In this document: positions 1 to 7,189 of the stretch, piece by piece
How positions within the stretch are numbered: the first letter of the stretch is position 1
How the letters are laid out: every line of letters starts with the position of its first letter
Virus record (IMG/VR): IMGVR_UViG_2606217117_000008
Source of the DNA: a virus
Taxonomy: Duplodnaviria; Heunggongvirae; Uroviricota; Caudoviricetes
DNA length: 14,408 nucleotides
Reading direction: 5' to 3' (one strand)
Position numbers and translations under genes: made by a program
The notes under the pieces: model-generated
Seen by the model: only the letters and a program-made list of their open reading frames with translations
The model's database searches: none
What the model was told of the DNA's origin: nothing

Positions 1-93
1 ACTCAGTTGCTGGTCTTTCTGACGGAGGGCTTCAGCCTGCTCAGAGAGCAACCTTTCCAGCTCTGCGATGCGAATGAGGTATTTCTGACTCAT
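1..93 (-). CDS. tnpC: IS66-family transposase TnpC, N-terminal 31 codons only (gene runs off the left edge)
   Basis: Reverse complement of 1-93 reads MSQKYLIRIAELERLLSEQAEALRQKDQQLS: an ATG ~30 nt downstream of the tnpB stop followed by a coiled-coil/leucine-zipper-like segment, as expected for an IS66 transposase N-terminus. Fragment is short, hence moderate confidence. Confidence 0.55.
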   Translation of the reverse strand, partial: MSQKYLIRIAELERLLSEQAEALRQKDQQLS

Positions 94-123
94 GACCGTT
101 TTTATAATGCGGTCAGGAGTTTT

Positions 124-474
124 TTACAACATTGTCAGTGAGTTACGGCTGGATGTTTTTGGCTGACGCCAGTCCAGCTTATCGAGGAGCATTGCCAGTT
201 GCGAGCGGGTAATGGATACCTTGCCGTCACGTACCGCAGGCCAGATAAACTGGCCTTCCTCCAGGCGTTTGGTGAACAGGCACAGACCATCAGCATCAGC
301 CCAAAGAATTTTGACGGTGTCACCCCGTCGGCCACGGAAGATAAACAGGTGACCGGAGAAGGGATTATCATTCAGCACATGTTGTACCTGTTCTCCCAGT
401 CCGTTGAAGGATTTACGCATATCGGTAACGCCGGCAACGAGCCAGATACGGGTACCTGATGGGAGTGAGATCAT
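124..474 (-). CDS. tnpB: IS66-family accessory protein TnpB (orfB), 116 aa
   Basis: ORF-track protein MISLPSGTRIWLVAGVTDMRKSFNGL…LFIFRGRRGDTVKILWADADGLCLFTKRLEEGQFIWP carries the characteristic IS66 Orf2 motifs. Confidence 0.9.
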   Translation of the reverse strand: MISLPSGTRIWLVAGVTDMRKSFNGLGEQVQHVLNDNPFSGHLFIFRGRRGDTVKILWADADGLCLFTKRLEEGQFIWPAVRDGKVSITRSQLAMLLDKLDWRQPKTSSRNSLTML

Positions 475-896
475 CTTCCCCTCCCGGTCAGTTCACGGAT
501 CAACACTGTGAGCAGCTCTGGCGATGGATTTTCCAGCGTCATGTTACCGTGACGGAATTCCACCTTGCAGGAACTGGCACTGACTCTGGTCTGAGTGGAA
601 GTGGATAAAGACGGCGCAATGGCCGCCACAGGTTCTTTCTGCTCATCCGGCGTTATTTCTACAGGTAATAATTCAACGCCAGTGTCAGAAGAGGTCGTTA
701 CCGGAAGACGCCGCGAAACACGCCCTTCGTTCTGCCAGAGCCTGAGCCATTTGAAAATAACATTATCATTGACGCCATTTTCACGTGCAATCTGTGCAAC
801 ACAAGCTCCAGGTTGTGATGCCAGTTCCACCATACGAAGTTTGAATTCATTCGAATAGTTTTTACGAGGTTCTTTTCGCCAGTCCTGTAATTCCAT
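471..896 (-). CDS. tnpA: IS66-family accessory protein TnpA (orfA), 141 aa
   Basis: ORF-track protein. Size, a helix-turn-helix-like segment (…CVAQIARENGVNDNVIFKWLRLWQ…) and position upstream of and overlapping tnpB fit IS66 orfA. Confidence 0.8.
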   Translation of the reverse strand: MELQDWRKEPRKNYSNEFKLRMVELASQPGACVAQIARENGVNDNVIFKWLRLWQNEGRVSRRLPVTTSSDTGVELLPVEITPDEQKEPVAAIAPSLSTSTQTRVSASSCKVEFRHGNMTLENPSPELLTVLIRELTGRGR

Positions 897-1750
897 ACTT
901 AGATGTCCGTCTATATCAGATGGGCGTCTAAGTTACCAATTCTCGTCTGATGGCTACATACGGCGGTCAGTTTACGCTTACGCAGGTACAGCTTGATGCT
1001 CCCGGAATGCTGGCTGAAACGGACGAGTACATGGCCGGAGGTAAACGACCGGCCCGTGTTTACCGGGTGGTGAACGGTATTGCTGTACTGCCGGTGACCG
1101 GCACGCTGGTGCACCGGCTGGGCGGTATGCGGCCATTTTCCGGAATGACAGGCTATGACGGCATTGTCGCCTGTCTTCAGCAGGCAATGGCAGATAGCCA
1201 GGTGCGGGGCGTACTGCTGGACATTGACAGTCCGGGCGGGCAGGCCGCCGGCGCGTTTGACTGCGCTGACATGATTTACCGCCTCCGTCAGCAGAAGCCG
1301 GTCTGGGCACTGTGCAATGACACGGCCTGTTCTGCAGCCATGCTGCTGGCGTCGGCCTGCTCCCGACGGCTGGTTACCCAGACATCCCGTATCGGCTCCA
1401 TTGGCGTGATGATGAGCCATGTCAGCTATGCCGGTCATCTGGCGCAGGCCGGGGTGGATATCACGCTGATTTATGCCGGGGCGCACAAGGTGGATGGCAA
1501 TCAGTTTGAAGCCTTACCGGCAGAGGTGCGTCAGGACATGCAGCAGCGGGTTGATGCGGCGCACCGGATGTTTGCCGAAAAAGTGGCGATGTATACGGGG
1601 CTGTCTGTGGAAGCTGTCACGGGGACAGAGGCTGCCGTTTTTGAAGGTCAGTCCGCTATTAAGGCCGGACTGGCGGATGAATTAATCAATGCGTCGGATG
1701 CCATCAGCGTGATGGCTGCGGCGCTGAACACTCATGATACAGGAGGCACT

Positions 1751-2353
1751 ATGCCGCAATTAACTGCAACGGAAGCTGCCGCGCAGGAGAACCAGCGAGT
1801 GATGGGGATCCTGACGTGTCAGGAAGCGAAAGGACGTGAACAGCTTGCCACGATGCTGGCAGGACAACAGGGCATGAGCATTGAACAGGCCCGGGCGATT
1901 CTGGCCGCGGCGGCACCACAGCAGCCGGTGGCATCCGCGCAGAGTGAAGCCGATCGCATTATGGCGTGTGAAGAAGCGAAAGGTCGTGAACAACTGGCGG
2001 CAACGCTGGCGGCGATGCCGGAGATGACGGTGGAAAAAGCCCGCCCGATCCTGGCTGCCTCACCGCAGGCGAATGCCGGGCCCTCACTTCGTGATCAGAT
2101 CATGGCCCTGGATGAGGCAAAAGGGGCAGAAGCGCAGGCTGAAAAACTGGCGGCCTGCCCGGGAATGACCGTGGAGAACGCCCGGGCTGTGCTGGCTGCG
2201 GGATCAGGTAAGGCCGAACCGGTCTCTGCATCCACAACCGCCTTGTTTGAACATTTCATGGCGAATCATTCACCGGCAGCGGTGCGGGGTGGCGTGTCAC
2301 AGACGTCAGCAGACGGTGATGCGGACGTGAAAATGCTCATGGCCATGCCATGA
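1751..2353 (+). CDS. nu3: Scaffold protein Nu3-like, from an in-frame internal start within C (200 aa)
   Basis: AGGAGG at 1741-1746 sits 4 nt upstream of the in-frame ATG at 1751. Lambda Nu3 is likewise made from an internal in-frame start in C, and the product contains the conserved IMGIL…EAKGRE…PGMTV…AR.ILAA scaffold motif. Confidence 0.5.
   Translation: MPQLTATEAAAQENQRVMGILTCQEAKGREQLATMLAGQQGMSIEQARAILAAAAPQQPVASAQSEADRIMACEEAKGREQLAATLAAMPEMTVEKARPILAASPQANAGPSLRDQIMALDEAKGAEAQAEKLAACPGMTVENARAVLAAGSGKAEPVSASTTALFEHFMANHSPAAVRGGVSQTSADGDADVKMLMAMP
1787..2209 (+). repeat. Three tandem copies of a ~141-156 nt (42-46 aa) unit inside the C/Nu3 scaffold-coding region
   Basis: Protein units (R/D)xIM(G/A)(I/C/L)…EAKG(R/A)E…LA…P(G/E)MTVE(K/N)ARxILAA begin at about nt 1787, 1943 and 2084. 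DNA similarity is visible, e.g. gaagcgaaaggacgtgaacagcttgcc (~1823) versus gaagcgaaaggtcgtgaacaactggcg (~1972). Confidence 0.6.
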
Positions 2354-2389
2354 AGTCAGTGCTGACCATCAATATGAGGTTTTAACAAA

Positions 2390-2737
2390 ATGGTGACGAA
2401 AACCATCACTGAACAGCGTGCGGAAGTACGTATTTTTGCCGGTAATGATCCGGCTCATACCGCCACAGGCAGCAGCGGGATTTCTTCTGCAACACCGGCT
2501 CTGACGCCCCTGATGCTGGATGAAGCCACCGGGAAACTGGTGGTCTGGGATGGACAGAAAGCCGGTAGTGCGGTTGGCATACTGGTACTGCCGCTTGAAG
2601 GCACAGAGACGGTGCTGACCTATTACAAGTCGGGGACCTTTGCGACGGAGGCAATCCGCTGGCCTGACAGTGTGGATGAACACAAAAAGGCAAATGCCTT
2701 TGCCGGCACAGCCCTGAGTCACGCGGCTCTGCCGTAA
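2390..2737 (+). CDS. D: Head decoration protein D, 115 aa
   Basis: Matches lambda gpD (…NDPAHTAT…LTPLMLD…GKLVVWDG…AVGILV…YKSGTF…AFAGTA…). Located between C and E as in lambda. Confidence 0.9.
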   Translation: MVTKTITEQRAEVRIFAGNDPAHTATGSSGISSATPALTPLMLDEATGKLVVWDGQKAGSAVGILVLPLEGTETVLTYYKSGTFATEAIRWPDSVDEHKKANAFAGTALSHAALP

Positions 2738-2794
2738 CACGTTATCAGGCCACCATGGCGGCCTGACTGATTTCTGAATGAAAGGAACTGATTT

Positions 2795-3823
2795 ATGGGA
2801 TTGTTTACGACCCGCCAGTTACTCGGTTATACCGAACAAAAAGTGAAATTCCGTGCGCTGTTTCTGGAGCTGTTTTTCCGCCGTACGGTGAATTTCCACA
2901 CCGAAGAGGTGATGCTGGACAAAATTACCGGAAAAACGCCGGTGGCGGCCTATGTCTCCCCGATCGTTGAAGGAAAAGTGCTTCGCCATCGCGGTGGTGA
3001 AACCCGCGTGTTACGTCCGGGCTACGTCAAGCCCAAACACGAATTTAATTACCAGCAGGCGGTTGAGCGCCTTCCTGGTGAAGATCCGGCTCAGCTGAAC
3101 GACCCGGCCTACCGTCGTCTGCGTATCATTACCGATAACCTCAAACAGGAAGAGCACGCCATTGTCCAGGTGGAAGAAATGCAGGCGGTGAATGCCGTGC
3201 TGTATGGCAAATACACCATGGAAGGGGATCAGTTTGATACTGTCGAGGTGGATTTCGGGCGCTCTGAAGGAAATAACATTGAGCAGGCTGACGGTAAAAA
3301 ATGGTCTGAGCAGGACCGTGATACGTTTGATCCGACGCATGATATTGACCTCTACTGCGATCAGGCCAGCGGCCTTGTGAATATCGCCATTATGGACGGT
3401 ACGGTCTGGCGTCTGCTGAATGGCTTTAAGCTGTTCCGCGAAAAACTGGATACCCGTCGCGGCTCAAATTCACAACTCGAAACGGCAGTGAAAGACCTGG
3501 GGGCGGTGGTGTCCTTCAAGGGGTATTACGGCGATCTGGCCATTGTGGTGGCGAAAACGTCTTATGTGGCAGAGGACGGTACCGAAAAACGTTATCTGCC
3601 GGAGGGCATGCTGGTGCTGGGGAATACGGCGGCAGAGGGGATTCGTTGCTATGGTGCCATTAAGGATGCACAGGCGTTGTCTGAAGGAGTGGTGGCTTCT
3701 TCCCGTTACCCGAAACACTGGCTGACCGTGGGCGATCCGTCCTGTGAATTCACCATGACGCAGTCCGCTCCGCTGATGGTGCTGCCGGATCCGGATGAGT
3801 TTGTGGTGGTACAGGTGAAATAA
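2795..3823 (+). CDS. E: Major capsid protein E, 342 aa
   Basis: Strong similarity to lambda gpE along the whole length (…YVSPIV.G.V.R.RGG…PGYVKPKHE…KLDTRRGSNS.LETAVKDLG…TMTQSAPLMVLPDPDEFVVVQ). Confidence 0.95.
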   Translation: MGLFTTRQLLGYTEQKVKFRALFLELFFRRTVNFHTEEVMLDKITGKTPVAAYVSPIVEGKVLRHRGGETRVLRPGYVKPKHEFNYQQAVERLPGEDPAQLNDPAYRRLRIITDNLKQEEHAIVQVEEMQAVNAVLYGKYTMEGDQFDTVEVDFGRSEGNNIEQADGKKWSEQDRDTFDPTHDIDLYCDQASGLVNIAIMDGTVWRLLNGFKLFREKLDTRRGSNSQLETAVKDLGAVVSFKGYYGDLAIVVAKTSYVAEDGTEKRYLPEGMLVLGNTAAEGIRCYGAIKDAQALSEGVVASSRYPKHWLTVGDPSCEFTMTQSAPLMVLPDPDEFVVVQVK

Positions 3824-3831
3824 TCCGTGAG

Positions 3832-3860
3832 CGGGGGCGAAATGCCCCCGTGTCTTTTTT
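3832..3860 (+). terminator. Intrinsic-terminator-like hairpin plus T-tract just downstream of E (CGGGGGC gaaat GCCCCCG tgtc TTTTTT)
   Basis: 7-bp G/C stem with a 5-nt loop, followed 4 nt later by six T residues, lying between the E stop (3823) and the FI ribosome-binding site. Probably a partial terminator that Q-antiterminated late transcription reads through. Confidence 0.4.
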
Positions 3861-3874
3861 CACAGGAGGCTGAG

Positions 3875-4228
3875 ATGGCAACAAAAGAAGAAAATCTGAA
3901 TCGTCTTCGTCAACTGGCTGGCCTGCTGGGGCGCGAGGCGGATATGTCGGGGAGTGCTGCGGATATTGCTCAACGTGTGTCTGAGTGGGAAGAGGAGCTT
4001 GCTGTTTCCCCGGAGGGCATTATGCACTCTGATGAGAGCGGGGCTGATCAAAATCACACAGACGATGGTGAGCAGTTGAACAACACGGATGCTCCGGATG
4101 ATGTTAAAGCCGTCCGGGTACGGAAGTGCCTGCAAGTAATGGGGTATTGCCCGGAGACAGGTCGTCCCGTTGAACTGACGTACGGGGTATGCGTGTTCTG
4201 GTGCCATCATCACTGGCAACGGCCATGA
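3875..4228 (+). CDS. FI: DNA-packaging protein FI-like, 117 aa; N-terminal half resembles lambda gpFI, C-terminal part is divergent and Cys/His-rich
   Basis: AGGAGG at 3864-3869 is 5 nt upstream of the ATG at 3875. MATKEENLNRLRQLAG…AADIAQRVSEWEEEL resembles the lambda FI N-terminus, and the gene sits between E and FII. The GTG at 3827 suggested by the ORF track is rejected. Confidence 0.7.
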   Translation: MATKEENLNRLRQLAGLLGREADMSGSAADIAQRVSEWEEELAVSPEGIMHSDESGADQNHTDDGEQLNNTDAPDDVKAVRVRKCLQVMGYCPETGRPVELTYGVCVFWCHHHWQRP

Positions 4229-4249
4229 TACAGCACGGAACGGCTGAAT

Positions 4250-4603
4250 ATGCGTGATTTTCAGAATGCCTTTGATGCTGCCCTCGCCGGGGTAGACAGT
4301 ACGATCGTTGAAGTGATGGGGCTCTGTGCGCAGTTCACCTCGGGGGCACAGTGTGGCAGCGAAGTTCAGGGGGTTTTTGACGATCCGGAGTCGCTGGGGT
4401 TTGCCGGTGGCGGGGTCCGTATTGAAGGAAGCAGCCCGTCATTATTTGTGCGGACGGATACGGTTCGTGCCGTGCGGCGTGGTGACACGCTGACCATTAA
4501 TGGTGAGATATTCTGGGTGGATCGTGTTTCTCCGGATGACGGGGGCAGCTGTTATCTCTGGCTCAACCGTGGTCAACCACCCGCAGTTAACCGGCGACGA
4601 TAA
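4250..4603 (+). CDS. FII: Head-tail joining protein FII, 117 aa
   Basis: Near-colinear match to lambda gpFII (…GVFDDPE…GVR.EGSSPSLFVRTD.VR..RRGDTLTI…FWVDRVSPDDGGSC.LWL.RG.PPAVNRRR). Confidence 0.9.
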   Translation: MRDFQNAFDAALAGVDSTIVEVMGLCAQFTSGAQCGSEVQGVFDDPESLGFAGGGVRIEGSSPSLFVRTDTVRAVRRGDTLTINGEIFWVDRVSPDDGGSCYLWLNRGQPPAVNRRR

Positions 4604-4618
4604 ACGCAGGGTGAAATT

Positions 4619-5152
4619 ATGGCGATAAAAGGGCTTGATCAGGCGATTGATAATCTGAGCCGGGTTCGTAAAAACGCCATTCCGGCGGCTTCAGCAATGA
4701 CGATTAACCGCGTGGCCACAACGGCGATTAATCAGTCTTCATCACAGGTTGCCCGGGAGACAAAGGTACGCCGGAAACTGGTTAAGGAACGGTCCAGACT
4801 GAAACGGGCGACGGTCAGAAATCCGAATGCCAAAATTATCGTTAACCGCGGTGATCTCCCTGTGATTAAGCTGGGGATCAGAATGCTGGGGCGTCGCCCG
4901 AACAGCATACTTAAAGCCGGTCAGCATCGGTATCAGCGGGCATTTATTCAGCGATTAAAAAATGGTCGCTGGCATGTCATGCAGCGTGTGGCCGGGAAAA
5001 ACCGTTACCCCATTCAGGTGGTGAAAATCCCGATGGCGGCCCCACTGAAACAGGCATTTGATGAGAATGTTGACCGTATCCGGCGTGAACGCCTGCCTAA
5101 AGAACTGGCATACGCGCTGAAACAACAACTGAGGATTGCGATAAAACGATGA
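4619..5152 (+). CDS. Z: Tail completion protein Z, 177 aa
   Basis: Matches lambda gpZ at both ends (MAIKGL.QA..NLSR…SQVARETKVRRKLVKER.RLKRATV.NP…NGRWHVMQRVAGKNRYPI.VVKIPMA…ERIRRERLPKEL.YAL..QLR..IKR). Confidence 0.9.
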   Translation: MAIKGLDQAIDNLSRVRKNAIPAASAMTINRVATTAINQSSSQVARETKVRRKLVKERSRLKRATVRNPNAKIIVNRGDLPVIKLGIRMLGRRPNSILKAGQHRYQRAFIQRLKNGRWHVMQRVAGKNRYPIQVVKIPMAAPLKQAFDENVDRIRRERLPKELAYALKQQLRIAIKR

Positions 5153-5544
5153 AACACACTGACATTCGTGCCGCAGTGCTGGATGCACTCGAGCAGCATG
5201 AACACGGGGCGACGCTGTTTGATGGTCGCCCCGTTGTTTTTGACGAAGAGGATTTTCCTGCGATCGCGGTTTATCTGACGGATGCAGAGTATACCGGTGA
5301 AGAGCTGGATGCAGATACCTGGCGGGCCACGCTGCATATTGAGGTGTTTTTACCGGCACAGGTACCGGATTCAGAGCTTGATCAGTGGATGGAAAGCCGG
5401 ATTTACCCGGCGATGACCGCGATCCCGGCACTGGCAGGACTGATTACCACGATGGTTACGCAGGGCTATGAGTATCGTCGTGATGACGATATGGCGTTAT
5501 GGAGTTCTGCAGATCTGACTTATTCCATTACATACGAGATGTGA
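5149..5544 (+). CDS. U: Tail terminator protein U, 131 aa
   Basis: Very high similarity to lambda gpU (MKHT.?[69 protein letters not shown]…). Start overlaps the Z stop (ATGA). Confidence 0.95.
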   Translation: MKHTDIRAAVLDALEQHEHGATLFDGRPVVFDEEDFPAIAVYLTDAEYTGEELDADTWRATLHIEVFLPAQVPDSELDQWMESRIYPAMTAIPALAGLITTMVTQGYEYRRDDDMALWSSADLTYSITYEM

Positions 5545-5551
5545 GGACGAT

Positions 5552-6208
5552 ATGGCAACACCAAATCCCCTTGAGCCGGTAAAAGGTGCCGGTACCACTC
5601 TGTGGGTTTACAACGGCAAGGCTGATGCTTATGCAAACCCGTTGTCAGACGATGACTGGCAGCGACTGGCTAAGGTGAAGGATCTGACGCCGGGCGAGAT
5701 GACGGCAGAACCCTACGATGATAACTACCTGGATGATGAAGACGCGGACTGGACCGCGACCGGGCAGGGACAGAAATCTGCAGGTGATACCAGTTTTACG
5801 CTGGCCTGGAAACCGGGAGAGGAAGGCCAGAAAGGGCTTATAGGCTGGTTTGAAAGCGGCGATGTCCGGGCCTATAAAATCCGTTTTCCGAATGGCACGG
5901 TGGATGTGTTTCGTGGCTGGGTCAGCAGTATCGGTAAGGCCGTGACGGCGAAAGAAGTGATCACCCGCACGGTGAAAGTCACTAACGTGGGTAAACCTTC
6001 TGTAGCGGAAGAACGCAGCAAAATTACGCCGGTCACTGCGATTAAGGTAACGCCGACAGGTACGGTGGAAAAAGGGAAAACAACCACCCTGACGGTTTCT
6101 TTTGAGCCGGAAAGTGCAACCGACAAGACGTTCAGAGCGGTTTCCGCCGATCCGTCGAAAGCCACCATTAGTGTGAAAGATATGACAATTACGGTAAACG
6201 GGGGTTAA
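5552..6208 (+). CDS. V: Major tail protein V, 218 aa in frame; the last ~31 codons of the lambda-like C-terminus continue in the +1 frame (6204..6299)
   Basis: Matches lambda gpV (…[13 protein letters not shown]…[55 protein letters not shown]…[41 protein letters not shown]…). The frame ends at TITVNGG* after a GGGGG run at 6200-6204. Confidence 0.9.
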   Translation: MATPNPLEPVKGAGTTLWVYNGKADAYANPLSDDDWQRLAKVKDLTPGEMTAEPYDDNYLDDEDADWTATGQGQKSAGDTSFTLAWKPGEEGQKGLIGWFESGDVRAYKIRFPNGTVDVFRGWVSSIGKAVTAKEVITRTVKVTNVGKPSVAEERSKITPVTAIKVTPTGTVEKGKTTTLTVSFEPESATDKTFRAVSADPSKATISVKDMTITVNGG

Positions 6209-6299
6209 GGATGGAAAAGTCAGCATCCCTGTGATTTCCGGTAATGGTCAGTTTGCTGCGGTGGCTGAAATTACCGTTAATAATGTGCCGGGTGGCTAA
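6204..6299 (+). other. V: Out-of-frame C-terminal remnant of V ([31 protein letters not shown]), matching lambda …[31 protein letters not shown]
   Basis: Translating the +1 frame from 6204 gives a segment colinear with the lambda gpV C-terminal Ig-like tail. Removing one G from the G5 run at 6200-6204 restores a continuous ~249-aa V. Confidence 0.7.
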
Positions 6300-6317
6300 A
6301 GAGCTGAGAGATAAGCG

Positions 6318-6749
6318 ATGTTCCTGAAAACAGAACAATTTGAATATAACGGTGTGTCCGTCACGCTTTCTGAGCTGTCTGCGCTGCAGCGTATTGAGCA
6401 TCTTGCCCTCCTGAAACGGCGGGCAGAAGAGGCTGAAGCCAGCGGCAACCTGCAGGTGAGTGTGGAAGATCTTGTCAGAACCGGCGCGTTTCTGGTGGCG
6501 ATGTCCCTGTGGCATAACCATCCACAGAAAACGCAGTCACCGTCAATGAATGAGGCCGTGATGAAGATAGAGCAGGAAGTGCTCACCACCTGGCCTGCAG
6601 ATGCCATTGCCCGGGCGGAAGACGTGGTGTTGTGCCTGTCCGGGATGATCGAAGCTGTTCGTCCGGATACTGATATTACTGAAGTGGCGAAAAATAACAC
6701 GCTGACTGATGATGATTTTTCTGCGGGAAAGTCTTCGACGGCGAGCTGA
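6318..6749 (+). CDS. G: Tail assembly chaperone G, 143 aa
   Basis: Matches lambda gpG (MFLKTE.FE.NGV.VTLSELSALQRIEHLAL.KR.AE.AE…GAFLVAMSLWHNHPQKTQ.PSMNEAV..IEQEVLTTWP…SAGK.ST.S*). Confidence 0.9.
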   Translation: MFLKTEQFEYNGVSVTLSELSALQRIEHLALLKRRAEEAEASGNLQVSVEDLVRTGAFLVAMSLWHNHPQKTQSPSMNEAVMKIEQEVLTTWPADAIARAEDVVLCLSGMIEAVRPDTDITEVAKNNTLTDDDFSAGKSSTAS

Positions 6750-7189
6750 ACTTTGCCCTCAGACTGGCGCGTGAGATGGGGAGACCCGACTGGCGCGCCA
6801 TGCTTGCCGGGATGACATCCACCGAATATGCCGACTGGCACCGTTTTTACCGCACGCATTATTTTCAGGATACCCAGCTGGATATGCATTTTTCCGGGCT
6901 GACGTACGCTGTACTCAGCCTGTTTTTTTGCGATCCGGATATGCATCCCTCTGATTTCAGTCTGCTTGTCCCCCGGCATGAGGAAGAGCAGGTGGAGAGG
7001 CCGGATGAGGACAAAATGCTGATGCAGAAAGCGGCAGGACTTGCCGGAGGCGTCCGGTTCGGTGGGGACGGAGGGCGCGATATTTTATCGTCTGCGGATG
7101 TGGCGGATGTCATGGTGGATGATGCCGCATTAATGATGGCTTCAGCGGGGATTCCGGGAGGTGTGAGATATGTCCCAGCCGGTTGGTGA
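6318..7189 (+). CDS. T: Tail assembly protein G-T, made by a programmed -1 ribosomal frameshift at GGGAAAG (6725-6731) joining G to the T frame
   Basis: The T-frame ORF (…MGRPDWRAMLAGMTSTEYADWHRFYRTHYF.D..LDMHFSGLTYAVLSLFF.DPDMHP.DFSLL…) matches lambda gpT and has no start of its own. It is open back to the slippery heptamer G GGA AAG near the 3' end of G, exactly as in lambda. Confidence 0.85.
6725..6731 (+). promoter_or_regulatory. Slippery heptamer GGGAAAG for the G/G-T programmed -1 translational frameshift
   Basis: Sequence GCG GGA AAG TCT… in the G frame. The -1 frame from this point reads …KVFDGELNFALRLAREMGRPDWRAML…, colinear with lambda gpT. Confidence 0.8.

Larger units (their letters stand above)
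1..980 (-). mobile_element. IS66-family insertion sequence, partial (right part only; remainder lies left of the window). The end at ~980 reads GTAAGCGTAAACTGACCGCC... on the - strand.
   Basis: Three consecutive - strand ORFs in the IS66 order tnpA-tnpB-tnpC, with tnpA/tnpB overlapping by 4 nt (ATGA). The GTAAGCG-type terminus lies ~85 bp upstream of tnpA. The lambda C homology begins immediately right of ~981. Boundary is approximate. Confidence 0.75.
981..2353 (+). pseudogene. C: Head maturation protease/scaffold C (S49/ClpP-like peptidase), probably 5'-truncated by the IS66 insertion
   Basis: ORF 950..2353 aligns with lambda gpC from about lambda residue 65 onward (GKRPARVYRVVNGIAVLPVTGTLV…YSGMTGY…PVWAL…SIGVMM…). 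The first ~10 codons of the ORF, including the ATG at 950, lie inside the IS terminus, and the expected gpC N-terminal ~60 residues are absent. Confidence 0.65.

Noticed and set aside
950-1006. The ATG at 950 as the genuine start of the 467-aa C-like ORF
   Set aside because: The first ~10 codons lie inside the IS66-family terminus (GTAAGCG-type end at ~980), so the ORF start is a chance fusion of IS end and C remnant rather than the native C start.
3827-3874. GTG at 3827 as the FI start (ORF-track N-terminus MSGGEMPPCLFSQEAE)
   Set aside because: This extension overlaps the terminator-like hairpin and has no ribosome-binding site; the ATG at 3875 has AGGAGG 5 nt upstream and begins the lambda-FI-like sequence.
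6296-6979. - strand ORF of 227 aa antisense to G/T
   Set aside because: Antisense to the well-supported G and G-T frames; no recognisable protein features or start signals.
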